Shown: piece after piece, positions 58,691 through 64,000 of the stretch
Numbering within the stretch: the stretch's first letter is position 1
Layout: each line of letters opens with the position of its first letter
Source of the DNA: Mustelus asterias
Lineage: Eukaryota
Assembly: GCF_964213995.1 (NCBI RefSeq)
Contig: NW_027591652.1
Span: 1-64,000 of the forward strand
Length of the DNA: 64,000 nt
Direction: 5' to 3'
Notes under the pieces: model-generated
What the model was told of the DNA's origin: nothing
Databases searched by the model: none
The model's input: the letters and a program-made list of their open reading frames with translations, nothing else
Program-made: the position numbers and the translations under genes

Positions 58691-61458
58691 GAGAGTTTGG
58701 CAAAGTCAGATTTTATTTTCCATTCAATATTTATTTACAAATTCAGAGAATATTTGACAGGAAAATTGATTTTAAAGTTAACAAAAGTGAATCTGACCTT
58801 TGAGCTTCACAATGAGATCAGAACCCCCCCGCTCTGAACTGCCCAATATCTGTACAGCTGTACCAGACACCAGAAAGAGAAAACCAGAGCTCAACATCAC
58901 GGGAAATGAACAATTGTGAATAAGGAACGAGAAAAGTTATTAATTTATACCTGAGATTTAAACTACAGGAAAACTATGAACTACAATTACAGAACAACAA
59001 AAGTTACCGTATACATTTCACACTGAAAACTGAACTACCGCCCACAATTGTCTCAGTGACAGATTCAGAATGATAAACTGAGAGAATTTCACTGTTGGAG
59101 TCACCGACAGCAGATATTGTATTTGTGTCAATCAGGAATCTTAATAATCAGCTGAGGGAAATCTACACCGTCCAAAATTCAACCCATCACTTGATCTGTA
59201 AAAGAAAGATACAATAATGAAGCAGATGTTTATGATGCGGGACATTAATGTTAGAGTTTTTAATCAATGAATCATTTAGAGATTTTTCAAATCCCTTCTG
59301 TCAGTTTGACAATCCACTCTGACACCAGTCACATTTCACACTCTCTGCTCAGTCCTGTGTTGGGGGGGGTGTTTAGTGTGGGATCAGTGTTTGCTTTTCT
59401 CAAACCACAGTGATATTCCCAACAAGGGCAAGAGGTTTCAGTGTTTAAAAATGTAAAGATTTCAGAACAAAACCAGACAGAGAGTGATGAGGCCTCACAC
59501 CTTCAATGTAGTGATTCCCCCAATCTTTCCTTTTGTATATTGTTTCCTTCCTCTGTCTGAAGTATTGGAGACGTCGACATCACTGAAACAATACAATCTC
59601 TCGGGACAATCACTGTAAACAGCTTCTGGAAACAAATTAACACTTTAATCACCCAAAAAGCTGAATGTCCATTCAAACACCTCCCTCCCCATATCCTTGT
59701 AAATGCAAAGATAACTCCCATTTCCCCAAAGCAGGAAGATGTGAAATGGAAACATCTTCAGCTTTTTACACACTGCACTTTTCCACGGACCAAAATGTTT
59801 CAAAACATTTGCTGAAGTTTTGTTTTAAACTCTTTATCAATGTCCTTCCAGGTTTAGTGTGAAGGTTTGTGTTCCACACTGAGCCCCTCTCAGTCTCCAC
59901 ACGGAGCTTGTGTGTGTTGCTGATGCTCCTGTCATTTTGGATGGATACTGTGTGAAGCTGCATTCTCTCCCAGTGAGTTTCTGATCTACTTCACTCTCTC
60001 TGCGGCTGGAGCAATGTCCAGCAGGCAGCAGAGGATGGCAGTGTATCACAGTCAGCACAATATAGACAAACAGCCTTTAGCAAGAGAGGCTTTGACCCTT
60101 TTTCAAACCAAATCCCCAATTTGATGTTTCCAGCTGCGCTGTTTACAATGCTGCTGAATATTGTGTGTCTTTGGTAAACTGGGATGTGTAGCATTCAGTC
60201 ACATTAAGTGGTCAATAAATACGTCCACACTGTGTATATCTTTCTGTGTGTGTGTGTCAGCGTGCATGTGTGTCAATGTATTTAAATCTCAAAGGAAAAT
60301 AGGAGCAGGTGTAGGCCATTTGGCCCATCGATCCAGCGCCAGCATTCAAACAGATCATGGTGCACGTACGCACACAAAACACGCACACACCAACACACAC
60401 AAAACACGCACACACCAACACACACAAAACACGCACACACCAACACACACAAAACACGCACACACACAAAGCACGCACACACACAAAACACACACACACA
60501 AGCACACATAAAACACGCACAAAAAGCACACACACAAATCACACACACAAACAATAAACGCACACACACACAAACACACACACACGCATCAAACACACAG
60601 TTAGCACTGCTGCCTCACAGTGCCAGGGACCCGGGTTCGATTCCCGGCTTGGGTCACTGTCTGTGCGGAGTTTGCACGTTCTCCCCGTGTCTGCGTGGGT
60701 TTCCTCCGGGTGCTCCGGTTTCCACCCACAGTCTGAAAGACGTTCTGGTTCGGGTGCATTGGCCGTGCTAAATTGTCCCTCCGCGTCAGGGAGACGAGCT
60801 CGGGTAAATGCATGGGGTAATGGGGATAGGGCCTGGGTGGGATTGTGGTCGGTGCAGACTCAATGGGCCAAATGGCCTCCTTCTGCACTGCAGGAGTCTA
60901 GGATTCTATGAAAACACAGAGAAACAGATATTCTCACCCAGTAACACTCAGACGCACACAGTAATAAACACANNNNNNNNNNNNNNNNNNNNNNNNNNNN
61001 NNNNNNNNNNNNNNNNNNNNNNNNNNNNNNNNNNNNNNNNNNNNNNNNNNNNNNNNNNNNNNNNNNNNNNNNNNNNNNNNNNNNNNNNNNNNNNNNNNNN
61101 CACAATCGATTTGCGTCTTGAACATGCTGAATGATTGGGCTTCCACATCCCCCTGGAATAGAAAATTCCAAAGATTCACCACCCTCTGAGTGAAGAAATT
61201 CCTCCTCATCTCAGTATTCAATGGTCTGCCCCTGATTCTGAGATTGTGTCCCCTGGTTCTAGTCTCACCAGCCAGGGGAAACATCCAATCTACATCCACC
61301 CTGTCACACCCTGTAAGAATTTTAAGTCTGTTTCAATGGGATCGCCTCTCAATCTTCAAGGGTTCAAGGCCGACTTCCGGACTTGATGGCCATGGAAGGT
61401 GTGCTCATAACGGGGCCAAACAGCTGGATTATCAAACAGTAAATCCTGCCGGGATCAT

Positions 61459-63138
61459 GTATCCGTAAACTCTGCCCGAAACCTCTCAGTTATTACAATC
61501 TGGGCCTTGTATCAGTAATCTCTGCCCTAAACCTCTCTCAGTTATTACAATCTGGGCCTTGTATCCGTAAACTCTGCCCGAAACCTCTCTCAGTTATTAC
61601 AATCTGGGCCTTGTATCAGTAAACTCTGCCCGAAACCTCTCTCAGTTATTACAATCTGGGCCTTGTATCAGTAAACTCTGTCCGAAACCTCACTCAGTTA
61701 TTACAATCTGGGCCTTGTATCAGTAATCTCTGCCTGAAACCTCTCTCAGTTATTACAATCTGGGCCTGGTATCAGTAAACTCTGCCCGAAACCTCTCTCA
61801 GTTATTACAATCTGGGCCTTGTATCAGTCATCTCTGCCCGAAACCTCTCTCAGTTATTACAATCTGGGCCTTGTATCAGTAAACTCTGCCCGAAACCTCT
61901 CTCAGTTATTACAATCTGGGCCTTGTATCAGTAAACTCTGCCTGAAACTTCTCTCAGTTATTACAATCTGGGCTTTGTATCAGTAATCTCTGCCCTAACC
62001 CTCTCTCAGTTATTACAATCTGGGTTTTGTATCAGTAAACTTAGCCCGAAACCTCTCTCAGTTATTACAATCTGGGCTTTGTATCAGTAAACTCTGCCCG
62101 AAACCTCTCTCAGTTATTACAATCTGGGACTTGTATCAGTAATCTCTGCCCTAAACCTCTCTCAGTTATTACAATCTGGGCCTTGTATCAGTAATCTCTG
62201 CCCGAAACCTCTCTCAGTCATTACAATCTGGGCCTTGTCTCAGTAATCTCTGCCATAAACCTCTCTCAGTTATTACAATCTGGGCTTTGTATCAGTAAAC
62301 TCTGCCCGAAACCTCTCTCGGTTATTACAATCTGGGCCTTGTATCAGTAATCTCTGCCCGAAACCTCTCTCGGTTATTACAATATGGGCCTTGTATCAGT
62401 AATCTCTGCCCTACAACTCTCTCAGTTATTACAATCTGGGCCTTGATTCAGTAAACTCTGCCCTAAACCTCTCTCAGTTATTACAATCTGGGCCTTGTAT
62501 CAGTAAACTCTGCCCTAAACATCTCTCAGTTATTACAACCTGGGACTTATATCAGTAAACTCTGCCCGAAACCTCTCTCAGTTATTACAATCTGGGCCTG
62601 GTATCAGTAATCTCTGACCGAAACCTCTCTCAGTTATTACAATCTGGGCGTTGTATCAGTAATCTCTGCCTTAAACCTCTCTCAGTTATTACAATCTGGG
62701 ACTTGTATCAGTAATCTCTGCCATAAACCTCTCTCAGTTATTACAATATGGGCACTGTGTCAGTAATCTCTGCCCTACAACTCTCTCAGTTATTACAATC
62801 TGGGCCTTGATTCAGCAAACTTTGCCCTAAACCTCTCTGTTATTACAATCTGGGCCTGGCATCAGTAATCTCTGCCCTAAACCTCTCTCAGTCATTACAA
62901 TCTGGGCTTTGTATCAGTAATCTCTGCCCTAAACCACTCTCAGTTATTACAATCTGGGCCTGGTATCAGTAATCTCTGCCCGATACCTCTCTCAGTTATT
63001 ACAATCTGGGCCTTGATTCAGCAAACTCTGCCCTAAACCTCTCTCAGTTATTACAGTCTGGGCCTGGTGTCAGTAATCTCTGCCCTAAACCTCCCTCTGT
63101 TATTACAATCTGGGTCTTGTATCAGTAATCTCTGCCCT
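61459..63138. repeat. 52-bp minisatellite, about 32 copies
   Basis: Same unit as 45257-47448. Confidence 0.95.
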
Positions 63139-64000
63139 TCAGCTGATTGGAGAATATCATTGTGAATATTACTGAGTTTGGGATGTAATATTTTCCTGCT
63201 GTTGCCAATATGACTATTTTTAACATAGTTTCTGGGATCCTCCAGTCTCCCCTCAGCAGCTTTCTGGGCAGTGAGAGGTGACACACCGTTCACTAGCAGA
63301 GGGAGTTTTTGGTCCTGTCGCTGTCAATGGGATTTCCCATTGAAGTCACCTCACGCTAGCAGGAAACCAGAGGCAGGGGAACGAGAGCAGAGAATTCCCC
63401 ACGAGTGAACAGCCGGAGAATCCCGGACATTCGCTCCTTTCCCAGTGATCACTGCACTCAACCCAGTCGCTGTTTATACGCTCAGTTGTCTCAGTGAATA
63501 CTACATTACACCATGCTGCTGTGGACACTACAATCAACCCTTTTTGAGTTCTCACTGTATTAATACCATGTATGGATTGATATTTCATTGGACAATGTGC
63601 TGGGTTAGATGAATATTTATTGATTCTTGTGATGTGGGTGTCACTGGCTAGGTCAGCATTTATTGCCCATTCCTAGTTGCCCTGGAGAAGGTGGTGGTGA
63701 GCTGCCGTCTTGAACCCGCTGCTGTCTATGTGGTGTAGGTACACCCACAGTGCTGTTAGGGAGGGAACCTGCTTAAATTATCACTGCATTTAACCATGTC
63801 ACTCTTTATAAAAAATAAACTAGACCATGTCTGGGTAATGAATGTGGAGCATGTCTCCATTTCTCTTTACCTCAGCACTGTATCTGTGTATATAACACTT
63901 TATACAGTTTCAATGTTATTTATTAGTGTCACAAGTAGGCTAACATTAACACTGCAATGAAGTTGCTGTGAAAATCCCCTAGTTGCCACACTCCGGCGCT

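Larger units (their letters stand above)
52948..63941 (+). repeat. Segmental duplication copy 2
   Basis: See copy 1; extra segment ~57376-59812. Confidence 0.92.

Noticed and set aside
57935-58703. ~240-aa Cys-rich ORFs
   Set aside because: Translations of a GA/CA microsatellite in all three frames

Overview
Eukaryotic, most likely shark/elasmobranch, genomic DNA. This is inferred from dense HE1-type tRNA-derived SINEs plus CR1, Rex1-like, Tx1-like and Penelope fragments. There are five assembly gaps. Three domains are visible. (1) 1-19.8 kb is a mosaic of local duplications. It includes four identical-length 102-nt, AG/GT-bounded, phase 2-2 exon-like units encoding a 34-aa two-Cys repeat, set among ~120-bp intron repeats in which a 26-bp segment occurs in both orientations. 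(2) 20.2-39.2 kb is an unrearranged T-cell receptor alpha/delta-type V-segment cluster. It has five V segments with intact leader, V exon and 22/23-bp RSS, one intact V exon with a broken leader, several pseudogene relics and an orphan RSS. Orientations are mixed, one V pair is a recent inverted duplicate, and there is a set of mostly co-oriented CTCF-like motifs, one 25 bp from an RSS. (3) 39.2-64 kb is two copies of a ~9-11 kb block (CpG-rich promoter-like module, TEs, 52-bp minisatellite). The first copy begins inside the leader of a further V gene. No D, J or C segments, RNA genes or CRISPR arrays were found.
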